From: Octopus sinensis
Taxonomy: Eukaryota
Assembly: GCF_006345805.1 (NCBI RefSeq)
Contig: NC_043001.1
Location: 26,536,001-26,600,000 of the forward strand
Direction: 5' to 3'
Length of the DNA: 64,000 nt
Positions within the stretch are counted from its first letter, which is position 1; each line of letters starts with the position of its first letter. The position numbers and the translations under genes are program-made. Shown here piece by piece: positions 24,392 through 35,801 of this stretch. The notes under the pieces are model-generated. The model made no database searches, was not told the origin of the DNA, and saw only the letters and a program-made list of their open reading frames with translations.

Positions 24392-25520
24392 GTGAGTACT
24401 AGACAGTTTTAATGTATCTTCAATATTTACTCCTTTCCTTTTTATCATGTGATTAAGTATTTTCTATGACTGATCAAATGTTTAGTTTGGTGACAAATAT
24501 TCACTATAATAACTATATACTGTAAGATTACTAATCGGACTCTTAATATATTCTGTCCAAATATTTACTATAGATAATTAAGTGTTTACTCTAACTCTGC
24601 TTGCTAAATAAAATACTCATTGTTTTGACTGGAATCTTAACAATATCATTGCTATTAATTTGCATTCATGTCACATTAAAAGAAAGGAAAGCAAGTCAAC
24701 AAGGTAACTCACTCTGTTAGAAATTGTAACCAAGTCTCCCCTAAACCAAGAACAGATGTCTTACTGAAAAGGAGATACATGGCTTCTCCAACTGGAAAGA
24801 GAGAGAGGGAGAGGTAGTGAGGGCATATTCTCATAATCATCATCATCATCGTTTAATGTCTGTTTTCCATGCTAGCATGGGTTGGATGGTTTGACCTGGG
24901 TCTGGGAAGCCAGGAGGCTGCACCAGGCTCCAGTCTGATCTGGCAGTGTTTCTACAGCTGGATGCTCTTCCTAACACCAACCACTCCATGAGTGTAGTGG
25001 GTGCTTTTTATGTGCCACCAGCACAAAGGCCAGAGGAGGCTGGCAATGGCCACGATTGGTTGATGCTTTTTACGTGCCACCAGCATGGAAGCCAGCCAAA
25101 GCGGTGCTGGTATTGGCCATGTTCAGATGGTGCTTATGTGCCACCGGCACGGATATCACAACTACAATTCCATTTGATTTTTATTTTGATGTTGATTCTC
25201 AAAATATAAGGTAATTATGAGAGATAGAATAGAGATAGAGCACTATAAAAGGGTGAGTAGGTTGGTAAGTTTGTAAGTGTGTGAAAACAGTAACAGATGA
25301 TTGGAGATGGAGATTGAGGTGAATGCAGTGAATATCAGTTTGGGATGGGGAGTGAAGGAAACAAGATTCATACACACACGTGTGTGTGTGTGTGTGCATG
25401 TTTTTTTTTTTTTTCTTTTCACTTGCTGCAGGAAGGGGTAGTGCCTGTGGTCTTTGCAAGCCCTTTTAGACCAATAAAATCGATGCTATTTATGCTCATT
25501 TTGAACTTTTGAGAAGCCAA

Positions 25521-26090
25521 TATTGGGTTGTCTGGAAAGTTCATGCCGATTTTTAAAGGAAAGAAAAAGGTCAATAAATACTTGCCATTACATTTTTAAT
25601 CAACCAAATATGAACCATTTTGTTGCACAATGTGTCTCCATCTTTCCTTTAACTTGAAAATACCCTCTTCCCAGAATTGAGGTGGTTTCATGGTCAAGAA
25701 TTCATCAAGGTATCTATTTACGTCATCCAAGGAAATGAAATTTTTACCATTAAGACTATTCTGCAGAGACCTGAATAAGTGGAAATCCAAAGGAGCAATA
25801 TCTGGTGAATATGGAGGGTGGGGTAACACATCCCAGCCGAGCTACAGCAATTTTTGTCTGGTTCCCAAAGCATCAAGTGCCGAAAATGAACTTTCTTATC
25901 TTCCATTTTAAAGGATTACAGAATTAATACAAGTTATAGGAACATAAACCTTCTTCCACAAAAAGATAGCTTAAACTATGCTCTAAATGGAGGTGTAGTC
26001 AAATCCTATTTTATGGACTCAATAATGTTCTAAAATAAGTCGAAAGGTAAGCTACTATAAATCGGCATGAACTTTCCGAACAACCCAGAA
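25521..26090 (-). mobile_element. Internally deleted mariner with both TIRs
   Basis: About 30-bp TIRs (25521 onward; 26059-26088). Start MEDKKVHFRHLMLW is fused near 25862 to C-terminal LGWDVLPHPPYSPDIAPLDFHLFRSL...YLVD. Confidence 0.88.
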
Positions 26091-26818
26091 TTTGCAGGAA
26101 AGACATGAGCATGGTAATAATTTCAGAGGGCAGATGTTCTGGGAAGGAAAGAATGATGCTTAGGGTTGGACATCACATGGATGATGAGAGGAAAAGAGAT
26201 GAGCAGAGAAAGAGATGAGCAGAGTGGACATACCTGTAGGAAGGTGGCAAGCACCCACGCAGCTCCAAGAAGCAGAGATCATTATTGTAGTGGTAGGAAA
26301 GGCAGTGAAAGGTGACAGAACACTTGTGGAGCAGAAGTTGGAGTATATCTGAGTGATTTTATTGCTGCCCCATATGTGAAAGCAATACTATATGTGTGTG
26401 TGTTGAGATTCATCTGTTTTATTTAAAAAGTGTATTTGTTGGTATTCTGTTATATATTTTAAAGGTAATTCTTTCTTATTTTATGCATTCGTCCATACTA
26501 CAAAAGCCAGCCTTCCATAGTTGAATCTACACAGAAAACTCTGGCTATTCTCTTTTAATAAACTTCTTGACTTTCAAATACCAACTGTATGTAATTAAGG
26601 ACATCCAGTTCCTATATGAGAATGGAGGAGGAGAATGAGAGTGAACAAAGATGTGTGCACTAATGGTAGTAATATTTTTCTTTGATAATTGCTATAATAT
26701 AACTGGTACATTATTTCATGTATGTAGGGTTAGGGAGAAAAAAAAACAACAAAGTACATAAATGAATTAATAAAGAGAATTCTTTTATTATTTTTAATAT
26801 ATTTTATTTTCACTGCAG

Positions 26819-26906
26819 ACTTAATTACCGACCTACCTGGACTCTAAAAATTTCTGAACCCATTTCTGGCAATTATTATCCTGTCAACACCAAGATATTC
26901 ATCAAA
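26819..26906 (+). CDS. MAN2B1: alpha-mannosidase exon: LNYRPTWTLKISEPISGNYYPVNTKIFIK
   Basis: cag|A...AAA|gtaag; RPTW and GNYYPVN motifs. Confidence 0.95.
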
Positions 26907-27204
26907 GTAAGTCAGGAAAAATTGTTAATCTCATGAGTATGTGTTTGCATTTTGGTAACTAGATCAAGAAATTCATATCAAGGTTTGATGCTAGTGTCTA
27001 AGCAGAGATATAGGTAATTCTCAGTAGGCATAAAGACTGAATGGTATTAAGTCACTCCAAAACATTTCACTCTCTGGTTCACAGATGTGTTTTCTGCTCT
27101 CTCTATATATTTTGCTATATCACATTTGTCTCTGTTCCTCAGGGTTGATTGGTCTCATGCCATCTTCAGCCGGACACTTATGACTCACCTGTCTCTCCCA
27201 CTTC

Positions 27205-27613
27205 TTATTTCTTTATTGCCCACAAGGGGCTAAACATAGAGGGGGAAAACAAAGACAGACAAAGGGATTAAGTCGATTACATCAACCTCAGTGCATAACT
27301 GGTACTTAACTTATCGACCCTGAAAGGATGAAAAGCAAAGTCGACTTTGGCGGAATTTGAACTCGGAACGTAACGGCAGACGAAATACCTATTTCTTTAC
27401 TACCCACAAGGGACCAAACACAGAGAGGACAAACAAGGACAGACAAATGGATTAAGTCGATTGTATCGACCTCAGTGCGTAACTGGTACTTATTTAATTG
27501 ACCCTGAAAGGATGAAAGGCAAGGTCAACCTCGGCAGAATTTGAACTCAGAACGTAGTGGCAGACGAAATACCGCTAAGCATTTCTCCCAGTGTGCTAGC
27601 GTTTCTGTCACCC
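27205..27613 (-). mobile_element. Head-to-tail dimer of SINE family B
   Basis: Near-full unit 27390-27613 directly joined to a 5'-truncated unit 27205-27389. Confidence 0.85.
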
Positions 27614-28542
27614 ACACTGTAACCTCATATGCATAGGCCCCATATTAACTACTATGCTCAAGTCTTCCTTCCCAGAATATTGGTTCTCTAAAATTCCTTT
27701 CAACGTATGGCTAGCAAAAAATTTGGCAGCAGATATGGAAATAAGGTCCATAAAAAGCTTTTGTATTTTGGTTGATAGACGACTTTAGTCTTTTTAATGG
27801 TTGATGGTTATTCCAAAGGACTTAGCTGTTTTTAGTTACAAGGTACCTCATGTCATTCACTGAATGTGTTTAAGAGTTTGCCAAAAAAATGCTTTTTTCA
27901 ATTCTGTATGTGCATGGAACTTTTGGAGATAGTATCTTGATGATGGTCTATTCTCAAGGAAGTAGTCCTGGAAAGCAACCCAGAGAAAAGCTTAAGAAAT
28001 TGACAAATCGTACTGTGACATTGTTCTCAGGAAACCTTCATTGGTGTCGTTTTAAGGTATAAAGTGTACTGAAAAGTCATGTGTGATCAGGATGTGACTC
28101 CAGGCCAGTGGCAAAGACAGGGAATTATTCCAAGCATAGATACATGTCTTTAAGCACATACATGTGCAACTTGTAGATTATTGCTCATACTTGAATACAT
28201 AATGTGCTGAATAAAGTTCTGTGAAAGGAATATTTTTAGTATTACTTACGAAATATATTATCACACATATATTCAATTAGATATTTGTATAAAAAGTTAT
28301 ATATACATATTTTCTATTTTCAAACTACCAGTTTTGCTGTGTTATGTTGTGTAATCCATGGGAAAACTTAGGATTGATTTAGGAACATAGTTCTAGTTTG
28401 GGATCAAGTATCCTCTTTCTTTATAATAGAGCATTTGCTACAAGTTCACATATAATAATTAAATTGAATCATTGTTACTTCAGGTCTTTTACAAATCAAG
28501 CAACTGTAATCATTGAATACAAAATTGTGTTGTCTTTTCTAG

Positions 28543-28629
28543 GATGTCGAGAAAGATGTTCAGTTTACTGTTCTGACTGACCGTTCTCAAGGAGGCAGCA
28601 GTTTAAGAGATGGACATGTTGAACTTATG
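28543..28629 (+). CDS. MAN2B1: alpha-mannosidase exon: [29 protein letters not shown]
   Basis: tag|GAT...ATG|gtatg; [10 protein letters not shown] motif. Confidence 0.95.
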
Positions 28630-29854
28630 GTATGTTTACTTAAAGAAATTGTATCTTTTTTCATCAGGTTTTGAAATATAATGCTTTTTTGATATTATAT
28701 TACTGATGGATGTATCCTTTGTAAACTACATTTCTGTGCATGAATGTCAGGTATAGTAAACAAGCATCTTGAAAATTTGGTATACCATAAAAATAACTCA
28801 CTTTCATAAAAAACATGTGATATTTATTTAAGCCATTTGAAACTTTGTAATTAAGTGGATTTGTAAAAGAACTAATATTTTTAAAGTATAACAGCTGATT
28901 TTGAAGTAAATGGAAGAAGTTTAAAGAATTGTTATGTTGCCAACAATATTTTCTTTTGTACAATAGGCAGTCTGTATGAGGCACATGTGAAAAAATGTAA
29001 TGCTGAGCAACACAAGAAGCTGGGCAGTGAATGCAATGAATAGAAAAGAATAATATGATGTCAGCCTATTGTGTTTTAAGGTTATCTGGCATTATTAATG
29101 CAAGTTGAATGGCTATACTGGTATGGATATAACTTAGAAAGGTTTTGGCTGGTATTGGCCCAGGCCATGTCTAACTTAATAGCACCACCTGGCCTTTGTA
29201 AAGAAATGATACATGTTGGGTGAAAATGTACCTTCAATTGTGGGCAAATGGCATTGGTGGTAGAGTTAGAATAAGACCTGAGAAAAGTCAGTTTCTCAGA
29301 TAAAGATGAAGGGTAATAAAGATAATGAAGAAATGCTGTGCTGTAGTCAAGTCTGTTGTAACTCTCGCATAAAAAAAAACTGATGGAAACTTGACATAGG
29401 TAACAGAGTGTGAAGAGAGAATGCTGTTCTTAAGAGTTAAAATCTTTTAAACTTATTTGAAGGAGATTTTAACAAAATATTCAATGACAGGGCGAAGGAC
29501 AATCAATTCTATTTAAGTTGCCAAATATCAATTTCTATAGAAGTGGTCTGAAAAGTTCTTTTTACTTGGTCTTTAATTTGTTTAGACCATCAATCACATT
29601 GATTGTATTTCTATTTACAATATATTTCTGGTACTATAGTTTTAAGTATATACATATCTTTAAAATAGGATTGAACTCAAACCATTTATATAATCCAGCT
29701 TTCAGTGTTCTTATCCACTACACCACAATATCAAAACCAAATTTATGAGTTAGCCATATACATAAGCCATGTGCAAAATATGTGTAAAATATGATGTCTT
29801 ATGAAAGACATAAATTGCTTAAAATGCAGTGGAAATAGAAATATGAAGATTTAA

Positions 29855-30063
29855 CCCTTTAATTACTGTATTTATTTTGAGATGCTCTGTGTTTCTTTTG
29901 ATTACTTTAAATATAACAAAGAATTTAGTAAAATAACTTAAGTTATCATTCAGCTAGTGTTAGGAACATAAATTGTGACTAAGATTTTAATTCAAAACTT
30001 ATGGAAACAGGAAATTTGTACTCAGAGCCAGAGTCGGTTTCAGCCGGGTTGGAAATGAAAGGG
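29855..30063. mobile_element. piggyBac-like MITE family A
   Basis: TTAA|CCCTTT...GAAAGGG|TTAA with the same internal sequence. Confidence 0.8.
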
Positions 30064-30383
30064 TTAATAGATCAGTTATTCCATTCTACTCTAGGAATAA
30101 CTCATCTTTGAAATACACTCATAGAATTATTATTTTTAACTTAAATTATATTACAAATTTTATCCTTTTGTTGCTAATTAAATTCAGAATCCAATCAGCA
30201 GGAGGTTTTTAATTTTTTTTAAAGTGAGTTTTCTATAAATAATTTAATATCTGATAAAATATTTTGTCATAGATTCAAGTGAAAAAGACTTGTGACAGTA
30301 TTGACTTAGTTTTTTCTTAAAAACAAAAAAAAAACTTAGAAGGAATGTTCATGATGGGGTAATAACTTTTCTCTTTTTTATAG

Positions 30384-30474
30384 TTACATCGTCGTCTTTT
30401 GTTTGATGATGGTAGGGGTGTTGGTGAACCCTTAAACGAAACTGGCGTTGATGGACATGGTCTGATAATTCGAG
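30384..30474 (+). CDS. MAN2B1: alpha-mannosidase exon: [30 protein letters not shown](G)
   Basis: tag|TTA...G|gtatg; HRRLL-x-DD-x-RGV-x-EPL motif. Confidence 0.95.
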
Positions 30475-32006
30475 GTATGTACCTATACAGTTGATAAATG
30501 CATTTCAATGTTATATTTTTTTAAGAATACACTGTTAAACATTGCCCTCTGTTCTTTTTTTAAATGAATATAGTAAACGAAGATATTAGTAGACTTGATA
30601 GTTTTTATATAAAATCCAAAACTGTAGCATTTGCAAACTTTTTGTGTAACACAGAAATAAAACTACATTTAGTTAGATAAGTAACTGGTTTTCAAATAGT
30701 GTTACTCTTTTACTTGTTTCAGTCATTTGACTGTGGCCATGCTGGAGCACTGCCTTTAGTCGAGCAAATCGACCCCAGGACTTATTCTTTGTAAGCCTAG
30801 TATTTATTCTATCCGTCTCTTTTGCTGAACCGCTAAGTTACCGGGACGTAAACACACCAGCATCGATTGTCAAGCAATGTTGGGGGACAAACACAGACAC
30901 ACAAACATATCAAGAAAAAGAATGAATGAGGTAAAAAGCACGTGGTGTACGAGAATGAATAGGATATTTCGGTATCCGAGACTGAAAGCAGCGAATCCGA
31001 AGAAACAAATCGGCGATGGCGACAGCAAAGATGATTTTACATTGGAATGAAGTAAAAAACTTTTAAAATGTTTTTATTAGCAATTTTTCTGAGGAGATAA
31101 AGTTTATCTATAGTCTTTCTTAGGAAGCGAAACCATTAGACTTTATTTTTTTCAGTATGCTTGTTTGGAGCGATCACTGTGGAAGCAAATTGTTTTGCAG
31201 ATTGTAAACAAACACAAAATGGGGGATCAAAGTTCGGAAAATTTGTGAAGCAAATACTGGGTACTGTTGTGGATTTAGTTTTTATACAGGGAAAATAATG
31301 TTAGTCAGCATGGCCTAGGGAACGATGTGGTCTGTAATTTATCAATTCCATACCATAACCAGGGCTGTATATTAATTTTTGACCGATTTCTTTAGTTCAG
31401 TCAAACTTGCGGTGGATTCCAGTATTTCAGTTTATTCCACCTTTATGGTACACCTGTTGTGCATTAAATTCAAATGATGATCTAGTGATGTGCACAATTC
31501 TTCTTTATCTAAATTTTTTTGCTTACCCATTTGAATATCAGCTGATGATTCATTTTCTATGGTGATGTTTAAACAAAATTTTTATATTTTTACCTTTTGC
31601 TCAATTTAAAATTTTAATATTCTTACCTTTTGCTCAATTTACCTGTAATTAAAGTCACTTTGAGACAAAAGTTATGTAATAGAATTGATTAAGTACCCTT
31701 TTTTTAATTATGTTCCAAATATCACATTAATATGTTGATAAGTAAAAAAGTTACAGTTATTTAATGAAACAAGCCTAAATTCATGATTGTTTTAGAATTT
31801 AATTGAAACTCATGAGGGGTGTATTTTGATCAGAAATATAGTAACAAAAGGACACGTAGAGACTTTCCTGTTGGCCCAAAAAATTGAGATGAATGTTGAT
31901 ATGCTGAATAGCAGATCTATCCAACCCATATTAGCATAGAAAAACAGATATTAAAACAATGATCCTGATTTGTGGCTCTTAAAATCTTTGAATTTTATAA
32001 TTTCAG

Positions 32007-32152
32007 GGAAACATCTTCTGTATGTTGACACAAAAGAAAACTCCACAGTTTTCCATAGGCACCAGGCTATTGAGAACTTCCTACATCCAACAATAGCTTT
32101 TGCTGAACTGAAAATGTCTCCCAAGGAATGGAAAGATAAATTCAACACAAAT
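32007..32152 (+). CDS. MAN2B1: alpha-mannosidase exon: KHLLYVDTKENSTVFHRHQAIE...KFNTN
   Basis: cag|GG...AAT|gtaag; phase-compatible; RG-x-H motif completed across the junction. Confidence 0.9.
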
Positions 32153-33052
32153 GTAAGTTTATTTTCAAAATAGTGTATATTGTATGTGTGTATATATCAT
32201 CATCATCATTTAGCATCCGCTTTCCATGCTAGCATGGGTTGGACGGTTCAACTGGGGTCTGTGAAGCCAGAAGGCTGCATCAGGCCCAGTCTGATCTGGC
32301 AGTGTTTCTACGGCTGGATGCCCTTCCTAACGCCAACCATTCCGTGAGTGTAGCGGGTGCTTTTTAAGTGCCACCCGCACAGGTGCCAGATGGAGCTGGC
32401 AAACGGCTACGAACGGATGGAGCTTTTACGTGCCACCGGCACGGGGGCCAGGCGAGGCTGGCAACAGCCATGAACGGATGGTGCTTTTTACGTGCCACAG
32501 GCACGGAGGCCAGTCGGGGCGGCGCTGGCAACGGCCACGATCGGATGGTTCGCTTACTTGTCACTGGCACTGGTATCTCAGCTGCAATTTCCATTGATGT
32601 TGATCGACTTCGATTTTGGTTCTGCTTTCTGATATCTGATTTGATTTTGATTTTTTACAGTGGATATTGAGGTAGTAATTTACTTGCAACATTGATGCTC
32701 TTTGTGTATACTATCAGAGTTTACTTGTCTTTCTAACTGATCTTCATACTGGTTGATACTGTTCATAAAACATTAGCTGATCACATATTTTTTTTACTAG
32801 ACCAAGCATTTTACTTCTCTCACTTGATCTAAATCTTGGTATCTAACCACTTCTCAGATTATACCAAATACCAGATATATTTCTGACTCAAAAGAACCTT
32901 CTTATTGATCAGTTTTACAGATTTACTTCTCGATATCAATTCAGGTATTTCTTACACCTTAAGTACATATTCAGAAGTTTCGTGAAAGCTGAATATTACA
33001 TATTTGACTGACACAAGTAACAACAGTAATAAGAATTTTTGCATCATTTTAG

Positions 33053-33199
33053 TGGGCAGCTATGAAGAGCAGTCTTCCTAGTAATGTGAACTTATTAACT
33101 CTACAACAATGGGGTAAGAGTACATTACTACTTCGCCTAGAACATGTCTTTGAGCAAGGTGAAGGCACATTTTCAAAATCTGTGACAATATCACTAAAG
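33053..33199 (+). CDS. MAN2B1: alpha-mannosidase exon: WAAMKSSLPSNVNLLTLQQWG...LLLRLEHVFE...TISLK
   Basis: tag|TGG...AAG|gtaaat; LP-x-NV-x-LLTL and LLRLEH motifs. Confidence 0.95.
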
Positions 33200-35175
33200 G
33201 TAAATATACTTTGTTGCATTTATTACTTTTTTCTTTGTTAATTTAAGGATTCTACAGTAAAATTCCATTCAACTTTCTTTATATTTTATTTTTATAATTA
33301 ACAAAACATAATGATTGCTTAATGTATGTTGATGGTACTCTGGGGACAATATGTTAAGAGTTCAATGGGTATCAAAGAACAGTGGCTGATTTGACTATTT
33401 TTTTTGGTGCTTTTGTGTTATTTGAATGCATCAGTTTAGTTAGACAAGAAGATAAGCAAAAAGGAAATTCCAATATTTTTGGAAGTGAAAGAAGACAAAC
33501 ATTTTACTAGTTTTGAAAATGTTATATTAAGTGATTCTTTAATATATAGGAGTTTAGAAATAATCAGAAGAGCAATGACATGAAGGCGCACACCCACACA
33601 TATATTATAATTTTAATGTCCACTTTTCCATGCTTGCACAAATTGGATGGAATTTTTTAAGGCTAGATTTTCTAAGACAAGATGTCCTTCTTGTCACTAA
33701 GACCTCAACTGTCTCCAACTAAGATGATATTTCCCTTTGACCAGACTTGTTTCTACAGAAGATTGGAAACATTGACACTGCTTGTATGACAGTGATGCTC
33801 ATTTGAAACTATAACGTGATGTCAAGACAAGGAGACATAAACACACATATATACAACAAGCTTCTTTCAGTTTTTGTCAACCAAATCCAGTCACAAGGCT
33901 TTAGCTAGTCCAAAGCTATAGAACAAGGCATTTGCCCAAAGTGCAATGAAGTGGAATTGAACCCCAAACCATGTTTGGAAGTGAGCACCTTAACCACATA
34001 CTCATGCATGCACCTATATATCATTAACTAAACTTAGAATATCCTGTAATTTAAAAGTGGGTATCTTTGCCAAAAAAAATATTGAATCTTTGATTTTATC
34101 AATTTATAAATATTAAGGCTTAAATATGTTTTTTTTTATATATATATGTACTGGTTATTTAGGAACTTCATGAGGCAGTTTCAAATCTGAATCAGAGTGA
34201 AGTTTCAAGTATGGGAGAAGAGGCAGAGGTGTCCCTCTCTTGTACTGATATTGTGTTAGAAATTTTTTATAGAAATCATTGATAGTGTTAGAAACAGGAA
34301 TTGAATATATCACACACATATTTATATACATAGCATGTTTTTAACTTGCTGCAAAGACTCAGTATTTAAAGGGATGTGGGTTCTGAAATGTGATATGAAT
34401 TGAATTTGTATCAAAACTAAGCTACAGTCTTGACGTGCTAGTAGCTTACATTCTTGCTTGACCTGTGTAAGACATTAGATATACATGCAGTATAAAATTA
34501 ACTGATATTTTACCTTTTGATGTCAACAAAACTTGAAAGTGGATAGATATCCATCAATGCTATGCCTATCTTAGTTGAGGGATCCTACCTTGTGGGTACT
34601 TGGTGCCATGATAAAAAGTACACAGTACAGCCTGGAAGGGTACCCAGTTGTAGAAATCATGCCAAACCTGGCATTGGGGCTTGACACAATCCCCTGGCTT
34701 ATCAGTTTATGTCAGATATCCAAACCCATGCTAGCATGGAAAAAGGGACATTAAATGATGGTGATAATAAAAATTTAATACATCATTATTTCGCATCTAG
34801 TCTCCATGCTGGCATGTGTTAGATGGTTTGACTGGAATCTGGTAGGCCAGAGCTGTACCAGGCTCCAGCTTGGTTTGGCTCGGTTTCTATGGCTGGATAC
34901 CCTTCGTAACACCTCCACAGAGTATAGTGAGTGCCTTTTACGTAAATGATCTAGAAATAATTTTCCTTACAGTACTATTAGCAAGTGCAATGAATTCTAT
35001 TGGTGTTGAAGATCTGTAATGAATTTAATGATAATTTTCATATAAAATGACTTTGGATTTAATTATGCCTTCTTATGAAAGAATACATCTTTTAATTAAG
35101 GAAATTTCATTCAATGTTATCTTTGAATATTTTCAATGAAAATCTGTTTATATTCATCTTTTGTTGTTTTTTCAG

Positions 35176-35290
35176 AATTTATTCATCCACTTTAATGCTA
35201 CTGCCGTTGAAGAATTAGTTCTTGGTGCTAATCTCAACTTATCAGATTTACATCGCCTTAAATGGAAAGCTGATGGATACCATACAAACA
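35176..35290 (+). CDS. MAN2B1: alpha-mannosidase exon: NLFIHFNATAVEELVLGAN...RLKWKADGYHTN
   Basis: cag|AAT...A|gtaag; E-x-x-L-x-AN and RLKW motifs. Confidence 0.93.
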
Positions 35291-35455
35291 GTAAGTATTT
35301 AACCTTTTTTGGCATAAATTAATACCAGTTAAACACTAGTTTAATTCTAATCTCAAACTATAAGATTATTAGAACCATTTGAAAATTATTATTTCTTACA
35401 GTATCTTGTTGAAATTATCAGCAAATTCAATTCATAGTTTTAAATCCAATTTCAG

Positions 35456-35547
35456 ATCATTATTTCAAGAAGCAAGAAGGTCTTGAGATTACCTTATCAC
35501 CAATGGAAATTAAAACACTGGCAGTGACAATAACAGATTTCTTTTAA
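35456..35547 (+). CDS. MAN2B1: alpha-mannosidase last coding exon: ...EITLSPMEIKTLAVTITDFF*
   Basis: cag|AT...TAA; ITL-x-PMEI-x-T C-terminal motif. Confidence 0.93.
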
Positions 35548-35761
35548 ATATGACTACAATTCCAATCATTACTATAAGATAATTCAACTGAAAATGTAAT
35601 GGTGTAACTAACTGAAGAAAGCTGTCTTTCAGTTATTTCTTCTCTTTATTCTGTTTAACAACTTATGACCAAAATCATCAGATTGTGCAGATTGCAATTT
35701 TTTTTTCATTATATTTCAATTAAAATGAACAACATCTTTATACTTTTAATATGAAGAATTC

Positions 35762-35801
35762 AATAAATTTTTTATTTGTGTAGTATTTTTATTTTTTTAT
35801 T
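35762..35801. terminator. Cluster of candidate poly(A) signals on both strands
   Basis: AATAAA on + at 35762-35767, 215 nt after the MAN2B1 stop. TTTATT (AATAAA on -) at 35771-35776, 35788-35793 and 35796-35801. Confidence 0.5.

Noticed and set aside
31089-31133. CTGAGGA followed by a GATAAA/TTTATC hairpin and a later GAAAC, resembling a canonical hammerhead
   Set aside because: GAAA does not directly follow stem II (20 intervening nt) and no stem I or III partner is present.
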